A stretch of DNA of 52,308 bases, from the NCBI RefSeq assembly GCF_001194135.2, contig NC_068984.1, positions 127,992,802-128,045,109 of the forward strand, written 5' to 3'. Source of the stretch: Octopus bimaculoides (lineage: Eukaryota). A program made the translations under genes and the position numbers. Positions 1 through 11,904 of this stretch are shown here, one piece after another. Position 1 is the stretch's first letter. Every line of letters starts with the position of its first letter. The notes under the pieces were generated by a model. The model searched no databases and was not told the DNA's origin. It saw nothing but the letters and a program-made list of their open reading frames with translations.

Positions 1-273
1 CAGGAAACCCCAAAATGGCTGAAGTCCAAAAGATAGTGCTCATGGGAACTGCCCATATCCTACGTAAAATACTGTCTATGTGATCTCAAATTTTAAAGCA
101 AACATAATTTTCTTATGGTTTCTTAAACATTCACTTGAACAAAACTGTACAAATCCAAATATATGGTACCCTAGGCATAACACCTACATGAACTTCTAAC
201 TTGTTGTCTCTTGAGGTCTCTGGGTGAGACTTGGATCCAACTTGTACAAATGCAAAACAAAAGTCAAACATAA

Positions 274-311
<38 letters not shown>
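1..311 (+). mobile_element. 3' end of R4/Dong-type (RLE) non-LTR retrotransposon with (TAA)n tail
   Basis: Frame 3-83 reads GNPKMAEVQKIVLMGTAHILRKILSM*, matching the 'QK..L.GTAHILRK.L' C-terminus of R4/Dong-clade ORFs. It is followed by a ~190-bp 3' UTR and (TAA)n at ~271-311. Truncated by the window start. Confidence 0.75.
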
Positions 312-313
<2 letters not shown>

Positions 314-1099
314 GTTCATTAAATAGTTAGAAATAATTATATATAAAGAAAAAAGTTAAAGATAGTTATCTAAAGATAGTTATCTAATGGGAATTATATG
401 ATAATCTCCTCTGGCTTAAGAAACCTTTACTCTCTTTACTCTCTTCATTAAGTCCTTTAAGCTGTCTTACATAATGGTTAAAATGTTGGATTTCATTGCT
501 CTTGATTGTATGGTCTCACATTGGTTAGTACTGTTACTTAATTGGCCAGATAGAATCTTTGTTGTCATGGATATTGGTAATACTCGATTGAACATATAGC
601 AGGAATATTTGCAAGAGTCGCACACACCAACTACTCACTGCCTAGAAATTGAACCACATCACTGTATTCACATGTGTAAATAACAGTAACAGAAACAGTT
701 TGTTGTCAAGGATTACTGATGTTACAAAGTACTGACCACTGGAATCAATATACTCAGCAGATGTTTAACTCATTAAATGTTTTTCTTTGACAGACAGCAG
801 CTATATACTATAATTTTTTTTTTCCTCTGCTAACCCACTAGAAATTATCAACAAAACATAAATAACTTTGATACTAAATATAAGTCTTTCTATTGTTAAA
901 TGTAAGAGAAGCTATTCCCATTAGTTTGTCATAGTACTATAGCAAAAGTACGTCCATGAAAGTTCAATCTATATTCAGCAATTTTTTTGTCAATGACCAG
1001 CTAAAATCAAAGTTTTTAACATTTGTAAAGCTAAAAACTGACATTTGTAATGCCTACAAAACTGACAAAACTTACCCACATCTTCAAACGCCATTATAT

Positions 1100-1440
1100 G
1101 AACACTCATAACCAAACAGTGGTATTTGATAGTATACAATTAGGAAATTAAGAATCCAAAAGATTTTGAAATTTGACAACTTATTGACCATCTTGCTAAT
1201 TTATGGTATTGGAGTATGTATCCTATAGTTCTTGACTTGTCTACAACTAATTACCTTTTGGTGCCATTTTTGGCTACATATCCATTCCAAACTGGATGAC
1301 TTGGTTCAGCAATTTCATTGTGGTGCAATTGATTGACTTCTTTCATAAACTGTTTGCCTTGGATACCAAATCTTCAGTGTATAAGAACTGGCTTTATCAA
1401 TGTCAGCATTAAAAGACAACATTGACTACTGGCATGAGAT
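1100..1440 (-). pseudogene. Gypsy-type integrase core relic
   Basis: Minus strand reads CLLMLTLIKPVLIH*RFGIQGKQFMKEVNQLHHNEIAEPSHPVWNGYVAKNGTK, resembling the rve core 'CL..LF..FG.P..IHSD.G..FMS.E...L....I.....PYHP..NG.VER.NGT'. Heavily decayed. Confidence 0.5.
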
Positions 1441-1458
1441 TCCCATTAGACCCATTAA

Positions 1459-1678
1459 CCCTTTTGTTAACAACCCGGCTGAAACCGGTTCTGGCTCTGA
1501 GTACAAATGTCTTGTTTTCATAAGTTTTGAATTAAAATCTTCCACCAAACCTTAGTCACAATTTATGTTTCTAACACTAGCTGAATGATAACTAAGTTAT
1601 TTTACTAAATTCTTTGTTATATTTAAAGTAATTGAAAGAAACACAGAGCATCTCAAAATAAATACAGTAACAAAAGGG
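1459..1678. mobile_element. piggyBac-type MITE (220 bp)
   Basis: TTAA (1455-1458) + CCCTTTTGTTA ... TAACAAAAGGG + TTAA (1679-1682): perfect 11-bp TIR and TTAA target duplication. Confidence 0.85.
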
Positions 1679-1829
1679 TTAAAGTCAAAAAGCATTTTTT
1701 AATGTTTTGATATAAAGTTTCTGTTGATGACATAACTGATTCATCAACTCTGCATTTGATATTTTGTTCAAAGTTTCATCATAGATGAGCAGCATTTATG
1801 TATTTGTTCAGTTTTTGTATCAACCGGAG

Positions 1830-2035
1830 CACTGCATCCTTCAAAACTTCCATGCTTCCTGAGATTCGCCAACACTACACCTGATTTTCTCCCCTCCATA
1901 CACATGCAAGCATGTATCTGACTCATACACTGTTCACTTCCTAGACATTTGTACAATACTGCATATGCTTTATGCGCACTTTTGGCAAGTTGTAGTGTAC
2001 CTGAGCATTGTATACAATAATTTCATTATTATTAT
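1830..2035 (+). mobile_element. Probable LINE (CR1/L2-like) 3' end with (ATT)n tail
   Basis: Ends ...gagcattgtatacaataatttcattattattatt, a LINE-like 3' terminus. Family assignment is from recall only. Confidence 0.35.
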
Positions 2036-2089
2036 TTTTATGTTTTTTAGGGGGGGGTTGTGATTTTCTATCTAAAAAGGATATGAGCT

Positions 2090-3110
2090 TTTATTTATGA
2101 TGCATTCTTCAATGTAAGACTGGGTGGATCCATTATTGATCATAGCAATTAGTGTAGGTTCTTCAATAGTTATTTCTTTTATCATCCAATTAGATTCTCC
2201 ATTAACTAACAATATAAGTTTGGTAAATACTTTTCAGTCTTACTTGACTGTAAAATGGATGCCATAATTTTTCAAACAGTTTCTCATGAAAAATAATTTT
2301 ATGCATACTTGACTTTTGTTAGAGCTATCCTTTTTTTCTCTGATTCAAGAATGTCTTCAAAAATGTCCCTTTAAATGATGAACATCAACATTCAACTTAT
2401 TGTTCAGGACAGCTAATATACTGATGAGAGAAACTTCCACAGAGATAACACATCTTAATTTGGTGAAGAAAATTTTAGGATTTTTTTTTTTTTTTTTGCA
2501 TTTTGCTTGAATGAATATTAAAGGTTTTCATTTAAATATTCATTTTTTCGGTGAGATTATCATCAAACACACTTTCAGGCAACAGAGTGTTTTTGAAATA
2601 ACAGCCTCAAGGTCAAGATCTGTCATTGCCAATAATTTTTCATGAATTTCCTCATTAGCAATTCTGGAAACAAAGAATCATCTACTGTCATGCCGTGCTG
2701 CAAAACAGTGGCATTCTGTACCAACAACTTTAAACCTGATGTTTTAATACCTTTAGAAAGCATTTCTATGTTTCTCCATTGTATTGTTGAGCAGCAAGTG
2801 TATAACACAGTTGCTTAAAGGCATCATCTAAAATGTCAAGAACTTGTTGATAAGCTTGACAACTTTGAATACAGTGAAATTTATCAGTTGACAAATAATT
2901 TATTAATAATTCGAATTTATCAGCATTACTAAGACAGTTATGTTGACAACATATGTAGGAGGTCTAAATTGATAACTATTGAAGCCACAAAATTTCTGAA
3001 GCTGGTTTATCAATATCAGTATTTTGAATAGCTTAGTGATGTCATCTTCTCATAATTGAGATGAAGTGCCTTCTTGCTTTACCTGAGGGGGTTGTGGAAT
3101 TGTCATGAAT
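2090..3110 (-). pseudogene. Gypsy LTR-retrotransposon gag-protease relic
   Basis: Minus-strand pieces: DKFELLINYLSTDKFHCIQSCQAYQQVLDILDDAFKQ...LAAQQYNGET and IANEEIHEKLLAMTDLDL (gag-like), then IKEITIEEPTLIAMINNGSTQSYI (aspartic-protease 'ALIDSGS..SFI' motif with D decayed to N). Multiple stops and frameshifts. Confidence 0.55.
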
Positions 3111-3502
3111 TGACATTTTATTTGTGGTTTGCACCTAAAAGTAGATTATAATTATTTGAAAATGTGTTGTGAAAAGAATATGAGGAATAAATAAATCTTA
3201 TTATGTTTCTCATAAATCTTATTAGTTGACTTTTATTACTAAACAATCACCGATTGAACTTTACTCACAAAACTCTGATTGTCTTCTGAATAATAATATA
3301 AACAAAATAATAACAAGAACAAAATAGGAACAAGTTAATAATGACACATAGAGAATCATATTACTCATCCATTAACATCACATAACAATATTACCATCAT
3401 GAAATAGCTCAATTGTGCAAGCTAGTGAGAAAGTCTCGATGTAGTCTCTCAAACTGCAAGAAATTGCAGTGAAATATTCCTCAAATACTAGTCTTATATT
3501 AA

Positions 3503-3720
3503 ACCTTTTGACTCCATTTTTCTTTTGAAATGTGCTGTCTTTATTTTATTTAATTTTGAGAATATGAAGAATTTTGTAAAATAATTTTATCATTATCAAG
3601 ATGGTGTTTGGAGCATAAATTAACATAAAAATTTGATGGAAGGTTTTATTAATATCACTTTAAATATGAAGTTTATATCTTAGAATCGAGGATGGTCTCA
3701 AGTGGGTTGGTATCAAAAGG
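3503..3720. mobile_element. piggyBac-type MITE, diverged relative of 1459-1678
   Basis: TTAA-ACCTTTTG ... CAAAAGG-ATAA ends. The internal sequence aligns by eye to the reverse complement of 1459-1678. Confidence 0.65.
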
Positions 3721-4389
3721 ATAATAACTCTACCAGTAATAGCAATAATAAAAACAGAAAGTACTGTTGCTATCTGTCTTCTCAAAGTCACGAGTCTGCA
3801 CAGAATATGTTTTTAAAATATATGCTTTACATACAAAAATAAACTTTGTAAATGTGATTAAAAAAATAAAATCTAAAAATTCTCCAATGCAACATGAACA
3901 GCATTAAAATACTAAATAAATAAAAAAAATATGCACCTTCAACTTAAACCATGATTTTGATTTCTTCCAACAAATATCAGGAAAAACAATAGGGAAATCT
4001 AAATACTCAGAAACCTTAGGGTCAAACAAAATCAAAAACATACATTTAAAATACTGTTCTCATCAACATCTGCAACTGATCATACCAAATGTCAAATCTC
4101 AGAATCTGGAAGTTGGTTAAAATTATCAAAATTTGAAAACCTAATGGAAACCTAAGTGAGGTATCATATCATCATATCATCATACAGACCTATCACCCTC
4201 AAAAATTGTAAAAAAAAAAAGGAGTTTTGGACATCAGTAACTCTCACATCCTCCTCTTCAAATCACAACACTGATTCACCACACTACACTTTACTTAACA
4301 ACCATATTATTCTCAAAACTAACACAAAAAATACATGAGCCCTCACCAACGAAAGATTCCCTTATGCACCATCAACATCAACAGAGCTT

Positions 4390-4790
4390 TCAACTCCATT
4401 CTTTGTTATCCACTCAAACAAAAAGTACTCAAGAGCATCCCATGTTAATTTATGTTACAAGCACCAGCTTAATAATGGATTCTTCCTTATTTTCAAAAGT
4501 AACTGAAATAAAAGCTGTGTATTTTAATAGGAATATAATAAGAAAATGGGTTAACAATTTTGTCACCATATTTCTGTTGAAATACACTTCAATTAATTTT
4601 GAAAAAAATGAAGAATTTTGTGAAATAAGTCATTAAGCTGGTGTTTGAAGCATAAATTAATATGAAACTTCGAGGAAAAGTTTTAATTTAATTAATGAGG
4701 AAGTTTTAATTCTAATTTAATCATTTTAAAGCATGAAATTTGTGTCACAGGACTAAGAGTAGTCTCAGGTGTGCTGACATCAAAATCTTT
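4390..4790. mobile_element. Two related piggyBac-type MITE copies in inverted orientation sharing one TTAA (4551-4554)
   Basis: 4447-4472 AATTTATGTTACAAGCACCAGCTTAA is an imperfect reverse complement of 4633-4658 TTAAGCTGGTGTTTGAAGCATAAATT. The left copy ends ...AAAATGGG-TTAA. Outer boundaries are approximate. Confidence 0.55.
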
Positions 4791-4802
4791 AAGAAACAAA
4801 CT

Positions 4803-5140
4803 AAAACAAGAGCACTCAGAGAGTGAAAACTGCCACCAAGGCAACACCAACGTCCTCTCAATAAGAATATCTGAAATAAACTCAACTGCTCTCACAAACG
4901 AGAATACTAAAAATAAGTAAAAAAGATAAGTAAAAAAAAAACAGGAAAAATAATCCAGAATCTTTGTCCAGTGCCAGATCGATCCCAAAATCTAATCAAT
5001 TCATGCCAGTCATAAGATCAAACATCCCTGAAAGTTTCATCTGAATCCATCCAGCAGTCCTTGAGATATCTTGTCCACAGACAAACAAGCAAACAAACAT
5101 GATTGAAAACAATACCTCTGCCTTTGCTAAGGCGGAGATA
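4803..5140 (+). mobile_element. Non-autonomous Helitron/Helentron-like (HINE-type) element
   Basis: Starts AACAAGAG, has an internal (CAAA)n tract, and ends in the hairpin CTCTGCCTT-TGCT-AAGGCGGAG (5116-5137), the typical terminus of this element class. Confidence 0.6.
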
Positions 5141-5219
5141 ACTAGGAAACTATCTAACAGGTTAAGTTAGCCTCCGGTTCGACTTGAGCACTTCTATGCT
5201 ATGTGTTTCATAACTCTAC

Positions 5220-5372
5220 ACACACACACAGAGATAAATAGATAGATACACACTTATATCTATACATACATATACATATATGTGTATATGTACATAATTA
5301 CATATGTATATTTATATACATGCACACACACGCACGCGCGCGCATATACACATATATAGATAGATAGATAAG

Positions 5373-5409
<37 letters not shown>

Positions 5410-5410
5410 G

Positions 5411-5446
<36 letters not shown>

Positions 5447-5520
5447 CATACATACATACATACATACATACATACATACATACATGCAGGCACATACACA
5501 CATGCAGGCACATATATAAT
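5220..5520. repeat. Compound microsatellite (CA, TAGA, CAGA, TACA)
   Basis: Seen directly in sequence. Confidence 0.95.
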
Positions 5521-5756
5521 TATGTGTATGTGTGTAGTGTGTTAGTAAATATATATATGTACATAAATGTATTTAAGTCTATATAAACTAAATCAAAAAC
5601 CAAAGTGTCTTTTTGTATGTGTATAGTTCCAGTTTTATATGAAAGGTATCTAACTAATTGAATCAAATTGTCACCTTGTAATTCTACTTAAATCATTTTA
5701 TCTAGCCATTTTGCTCAGTCATTCCATTATCTCTGACAAATACTGATTTATTATAG

Positions 5757-5796
5757 ATTCTTGAAACAGGAGTCAGAAGCAATGCAATAAACAACA
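5757..5796 (+). CDS. Candidate 40-nt internal exon (ILETGVRSNAINN + 1 nt)
   Basis: ctgatttattatAG acceptor and ACA|GTGAGT donor. Only one frame is open (phase 0 to 1). Could be chance. Confidence 0.25.
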
Positions 5797-6012
5797 GTGA
5801 GTGAGGTAATATCTTTATGGCCTTTCTAGGAAACGTGGCAATTTTTGGAAATGTTAGATATTCCAGAAGCTATTTGCAAAACAAATCTAATATTGTCAGA
5901 AATGTTTAGTTATTGAGACAGTAAGAATAATGAAAGAAATCTTGAAATAAAGAGCAAACTCTTATAAAGGGCAAACCGAAGCCTTTGGAAGACAGAAATG
6001 AAAAGAACCCTG

Positions 6013-6113
<101 letters not shown>

Positions 6114-6539
6114 TATGATCTTGTTTTGACATCTCAGGCTTATTGTCAATGAGTATCATTATCATACAGACAGCATCATTCATTTCTAATATTCTGCAAA
6201 AACATGTCTGGCCATGGGGAAATGCTGCCTTACTTAGAAACAGCTGAGGTTTGGCAATAGAAATAGCATCTAGCTGTAGAAAACCTACCTCAGTTTACTC
6301 TGTCCAACCCAAACAAGCATAGAAAAGTGAAAGCTAAAATCATGATCATGATTAAGGTGATGAAATATAAATGTAGAAAATAACCATTGATGATAAATGG
6401 AATTTTAGTTTCTATGGGGAAAAAAATGAGATCACATGTATCTCATTTAAAGATTGGTGATCCAGAAAGTTGAGAAAAAATTAGTAGCAAATTTTCAGTC
6501 TTAGAAAATGTATGCAACATTCTTGACTAGAAGATTATT

Positions 6540-6830
6540 CTAGCATATTTTCCCAATATAAGATTATTTGAAAAAAATACAACAAACTATAAACCAAGCT
6601 CTAAATACAAAATTGAGACCAAACATATCCTTTGATTATTTTTCAGATGATACTAGTAGAGAGATTGGTGATGTTAAGCAAATTGTAAAATATTTTAATA
6701 GAAATTTCTTAAGTATAGGTCACACTTTCATAAATATACTCAATTTTTTTTTATCAAATGTCTGTTGGTAAACTTTAACTTATAAGCAAATTCCAGTAGA
6801 GGAAGCTACAAAGATTATATTGACAAGCAC
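6540..6830 (+). pseudogene. L2/CR1-like LINE ORF2 relic (region upstream of RT)
   Basis: KKIQQTINQAL...IGDVKQIVKYFNRNFLSIGHT...FTYKQIPVEEATKIIL resembles 'KKTW..IN...D...IA..FN.YF..IG...F....I...EV.KII'. Confidence 0.5.
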
Positions 6831-7499
6831 AGAATTTAGTGCCTTAGATATCACACCTGTTTTTAGACAAATTTTGGTAGTTGATTCTAAATATGTTGTG
6901 AGTTTTTCTTCTTTGGCTTCAATTATTGAGATATAATATTACCTTAATTGCTATGCATACAGCCAATCAGGAACAAAACTTAATGACTACTAATAATTTA
7001 TTGCTTTTGAATAAAAGAAAAAAAGTGGCTCCATGCTAGAAGAATATGTATATTTGTGGTTAAATTACATCCCATAGAATGGGATAATATTAAAACAAGC
7101 ATAGAAAGTTATCATAGATACAATGTTCATTTACCCAGACATGTCACAAATGCAACATTTCAGAGACTTCTTGTGGTGACAAACATATTGAATGATCAAG
7201 CCCACGAAATTTGTTTTTCATACTAAATACCAAAATAATCATAATCTGAAAGGTATCTGTAGAAAATTCCATAAAAATTACCCATTTTTCTGAAGTTATG
7301 AGTAAAGAAAGCCATCTCATGTGAATTTTCCAAAGCTCCTCACCCAACCTCCAGAAACATTTTTTTTTTACACCACATCAATATAATCAGAATCTACACC
7401 ATTTGAAGTATATTTGTAGAAAATTTCATACAAAAATATCCATTTTTCTAGAAATTATGAGGCAACAAATTCGGAGAGCACATACATGTAGGAATACCT

Positions 7500-7860
7500 A
7501 ATCGGCCATCATACGGTTATCCCAATGTTCCTAGTTCTTCAATCTTGTTCATCACTTAGATCACCAAGGATGTCTGGGAAATGACCCAAGAGGCTGTGGA
7601 GGTAATGCATACTGATGCTCATGTTATAGTCAAGTTGACTACAAGACAAGAGCATGTTCTCCACTAGCTCAGAGTAGTTGATGGCTTCATGGCTCTCAAG
7701 AAAATTTCTTGCAGCCTAAGTGAATGATGAATATGCATCTGCTTCGACATTGTTCATTGAACCTTGGAAATGTTTGTCTTTCATGAGTTCCTGATTTGTG
7801 GCCCATCGAAGACACCTGCCTTCAGTTTTTTTCATGCACAACACTGGAAATTTTCTGTAA
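7500..7860 (-). pseudogene. Chapaev3-like (CMC) DNA transposase C-terminal relic
   Basis: Minus strand: KFPVLCMKKLKAGVFDGPQIR-MKDKHF...RNFLESHEAINYSELVENML...MSISMHYLHSLLGHFPDILGDLSDEQ, matching the 'KLKAG.FDGPQIRKL...HFLHSHLD.FP.NLG..S.E.GERFHQ' family. The transposase match is clear; the superfamily name is from recall. Confidence 0.65.
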
Positions 7861-7861
7861 T

Positions 7862-8230
7862 CCTGTGAACCTTACAGCTTGTTCAACCCAGCAGAACTTG
7901 TGCTTTTGGTATTCTGCAAGCATATAATTTAGTCTGCTTTGTTCTTGAATTCTCTCATTTCAGATATACTCTCATGATGATATTCCTAGCATGGACTTTT
8001 ACATGGTCATATCTAGTTTTGATTTGAGTACATCTCTTATCAAGGTAAATCCTACCATTATTCTCCTTGAGATTTCAGCATTCATGTCTTGGCACATATT
8101 CAGTGTGCCCTAGGTAGACGTATTCCTTTACCCTTTTGATTTCATTACTTCCCACCTCTATTCAGCTTTGTGTTACATCTTCAGACCACACATATTTTGT
8201 TCATAAGCAATGAACATTCGAATGTATCAT
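7862..8230 (-). pseudogene. RTE-clade LINE ORF2 fragment
   Basis: Minus strand: IEVGSNEIKRVKEYVYLG...MNAEISRRI...MLGISS*EYI*NERIQ...KFCW. Confidence 0.7.
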
Positions 8231-8742
8231 GTTGGTTAAATATCTCAAAAATTCAAAGTATTTTCTTTCATCTTCATCCTCAAAAACATATTTTCCTAGA
8301 TTCCCACAGTTTGATGAGAGAAAAGATCTGCTGATTTTAAACTCCTAGGAATCCTCATTATCATTAACAAGACTCTTATGTGGAAACCACAATTTTATCT
8401 TCTAATCCAGTGGCTCTTAACCTTTTTTTAATTTTTTGTGGCACTCCTACTCCTTTTAAGTAGTTGTTATCCATAGCAACTGCCTAAGTGGTGAGTGAAA
8501 TATTACAACTAAACTAACATGGATGATAATTTATAAATTTTACTCTGAAAATGGATTGTATAAGCTTTTAACAGTGAAATGATAAAAAATTAATAAAGAC
8601 AAAATTTGTAAACCTACTTTATACATTGCAAGTTAATGACTTCTCTGTGCTAATGAAGTCTCATTTTATTTTAAAAACCATTACTAGCTTTATCATGTAC
8701 AATATACCATTACTAGTTTTATCATGTATAATATAATAGCCA

Positions 8743-9190
8743 TCATTATCATCATCGTTTAGTGTCCACTTGTCCATGCTGGCATAGATGGCTGGTTTGA
8801 CCAGGGCTGGTATGCTAAAGAACTCCACCAGACTCCAGTCTGATTTGGCATGGTTTCTACAGCTGAATACCCTTCCTAATGCCAACCACTCCAAGAGTGT
8901 AATGAGTGCTTTTAAGTGCCACTGGCACAGGTACCAGTTGTGTGACACCAGTGTCTGCCACAATTACAATTTCACTTGGCTTGATGGTCTTCCTTCTCAA
9001 GCACGGCGTATTGCCAAAGGTATAAGTCATTTGTCATTGCCTCCTCCATGAAACCCAGCACTCAAAGGGTGCTTTTTATGTGCCACCACCATGGATGCTA
9101 CTTACATGACACTGGCATCAGCCACATTGCCTCCATGAGGCCCAACACTCAAAAGGTAGTTTTTACATGTTTTATCATGTTAATTATTTT
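8743..9190 (-). mobile_element. 5'-truncated RTE LINE 3' UTR copy with (GAT)n tail
   Basis: Same sequence as the UTR joined to RTE ORF2 at 48449-49196 (catcatcgttta...ccatgctggcat...gatgcccttcctaatgccaaccac). Confidence 0.8.
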
Positions 9191-9354
9191 ACCTCACTGC
9201 TCCCTAAAGCCTAATGCCCCCTTCAATATACCCAGTGCTCACTTGGGGGCCCATGTTGAGGGCCTCTGATCTAACATGCTGACAAATACTTAGTAGTGTT
9301 GCTATTTTATCTCACATGAAAACTATTTTCCAATATATTCTACTAAACATAATT

Positions 9355-9995
9355 TTCTTTTTATTTATCTTTTACTTGTTATCGATTATTATTGGGCTGT
9401 GACCATGCTGGAGCACCACCTTGAAGAGTTTAATTGAACAAATTGACCGTAGTGCATTTTTCTTTTAGCTTTGGTACTTATTCTATTGCTCTCTTTTGTT
9501 GAACTGCTAAGTTACAGGATGTGAACAAACCAACACTAGTTGTCAAGTAGGGGATGGAAACGAACACATGACACATACACACAAATGCACACACACACAC
9601 ACACACATGATGGACACATAAAGGCAGCGAGCTGGCAGAAACGTTTGCATGCCGGGCGAAATGCTTGACCGTATTTCGTCTGCCGCTACGTTCTGAGTTC
9701 AAATTCCGCTAAGGTTGGACTTTGCCTTTCATCCTTTCGGGGTCGATTAAATAAGTACCAGTTACGTACTGGGGTCGATATAATCGACTTAATCCGTTTG
9801 TCTGTCCTTGTTTGCCCCCTCTGTGTGTAGCCCCTTGTGGGTAGTATAGAAATAACATAATTGATGGACTTCTACAGGGTTTCCATCTACCAAATTCACT
9901 CACAAGGCACTTGTTGGCCTGGAGCTATAGTAGAAGATATTCACCCAGGGTGCAACACAGTTGACCCAATCTTGAAATCACATGGTTGCAAAGTA
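9355..9995 (-). mobile_element. tRNA-derived SINE family A, split by a family B insertion
   Basis: The 3' half (9355-9615) and 5' half (9861-9995) are both similar to the intact copy at 41350-41778. Confidence 0.7.
9623..9854 (+). mobile_element. tRNA-derived SINE family B, near full length
   Basis: GGCAGCGAGCTGGCAGAAACG head and B-box GAGTTCAAATTCC. Possible target duplication ACATAA at 9616-9621 and 9855-9860. Confidence 0.85.
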
Positions 9996-10197
9996 TACTT
10001 CTTAATAAGTTTCTTAAGCTTACAGCTATGCCTGCACTTGTTTATATTATATATATTGAAACAAATCAATGTTAATGCACCAGTAATTTATTGGTGGATC
10101 TTCTGTATTTCCTTATAAATCCTTTCCATTTAGTTTGGAACAACAAAGCTCCTAGTTCCATCAACAATCATTCACATTGTCTTATCAACTGATGGTG

Positions 10198-10345
10198 GAA
10201 GCACATGGCCTAGTGGTTAGAGGTTACACTCACAATTGCAAGACCATGGTTTCAATTCCTGGACCAGCCAGTGTGTTGTATTCTTGAGCAAAACACTTTA
10301 TTTGACTTTGCTCCAGTTCTCTCAGCTGTAAATGAGTAACTCTGT
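10198..10345 (+). mobile_element. tRNA-derived SINE family C (CORE-like), partial
   Basis: A-box TGGCCTAGTGG, B-box GTTTCAATTCC, then CTTGAGCAAAACACTT...CTCAGCTGTAAATGAG. Homologous to 48132-48420. Confidence 0.75.
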
Positions 10346-11904
10346 GATGGTTTGGCATCATGGTCAGTGGGAATGTTGTGCTCTCACTAACCTATTTGCC
10401 ATGGAAACTAGGTAACTGGCTCTATAATGTCCTGGGGAATTACTATCTACCATTAAGCTAATTATTACTGGTCATTTGTTATTATCATCTTAAAATAAAG
10501 CAAAAATAATGGGATTAATGTTGTTTCACTGACATCATCATCATCAGATTTAAAATTTTGATACTTATCTCCAAGTTACTTTCACTAATCAGTGATCAAT
10601 AACTGTTCTTAGTTTATTATTTGGTTTCAGTATTAATGAATTAATTGTTACTTTGTAGCTTCTATTACTAATCATCTGATCATTTTCTGAAATTCTATAT
10701 AAAGTTGCACAAGAAGGAACCGTTCTTCTATAATATATAAGTGAATTTATGCCAGCATACATCAATGCAGCAGTAAAGATTTATTTTGTTTCTAAGATTA
10801 AAAATATATATGTCTGAACTTTCTGAACCATAATTTCCTAAATAAATGCACAAACACACAAGTTTGCTAAAGACCAAGAGAGAATTATTAAACAATGTAT
10901 ATCAGAAAGAGAAAGGACACAATATATGTTCATCAGAAGAGTTCTTGGAAATTTTTCAAGAAACCAACAGCATCGTTTATTGGCAACATTTCCAACAAAT
11001 ATGTAGAAAGTCCTTTTCTGGTGTCTCCATAAAAACAAGCAATTAAAATAACATTATATGATGTGTACAAACTCACAACAATAACAGCAGCCACTCTGCC
11101 AAGAAATTTCTTAAGAAAGCTTCTACTGACCTATACAACTGTGGTCTTCTTCTTTTACCCACTGAAACATCTATATACACAGACACAGCAGAGTGGCCAT
11201 CCCCATTTTAATGGCATTTTACAATGGCTAAGGTGAGAACTAAGAAAAACCATCAATGTTCAGTATATCCATGGAAACACTGGAAAAGCTAAAAGAAATG
11301 CATAGGAAAGCTAAAAAAAATGCATAGGAAACAATTCTTTCTTCAATGTAGTTCAAATCTTTTGAGACCACACACATATATGTAATCTATGTGGCAGATA
11401 TATAAACAGGGTTTAATTTGGTTATTTCTCTGTAAACAGAAAAAAACGATGAACAGCCTTAATTGGTTTTTAAATCTTATTGGACTCTCATCAGAGGTCA
11501 TCATCATCATTATCATTTAACATCCATTTTCTATGCTGGTAGGGGTTGGATATTAGTGACCAGTATGCTGTGTAACCACTGGAAGTGAGGTATCCCTTAG
11601 CTTTTGTTAAAGCATGCTTTTAGGAGAAGGCATTTCTGTTTCTACAGTTGCAGTAAGGGTATAACTGGGTGAGCAGTCTGGTTGAATATGTAACATTTTG
11701 GCACAGCCATTTTGGCCTCACCTATTTGATATCACTGTGTGAATACTGATTTCTAAATGTTTTTTCTGTTTTAATATTTCTCTTGTTCTCTTTATCTCTT
11801 TCTCTTTCTCCCTCTTTCTCTATCTCCTCTCTCTCTCTCTCTATCTCTCACTCACTCTCTCTCTGTGAACACATTTCTTTTTATGCATAAGAAGAGAAAG
11901 AAAG

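Noticed and set aside
1080-1420. Apparent + strand mariner YSPDL-like motif
   Set aside because: Needs several indels; the minus-strand integrase reading explains the region better.
11648-11652. 5-nt microexon-like site (CAG|TTGCA|GTAAGG)
   Set aside because: Frame-shifting, short tract, and lies within decayed repeat sequence.
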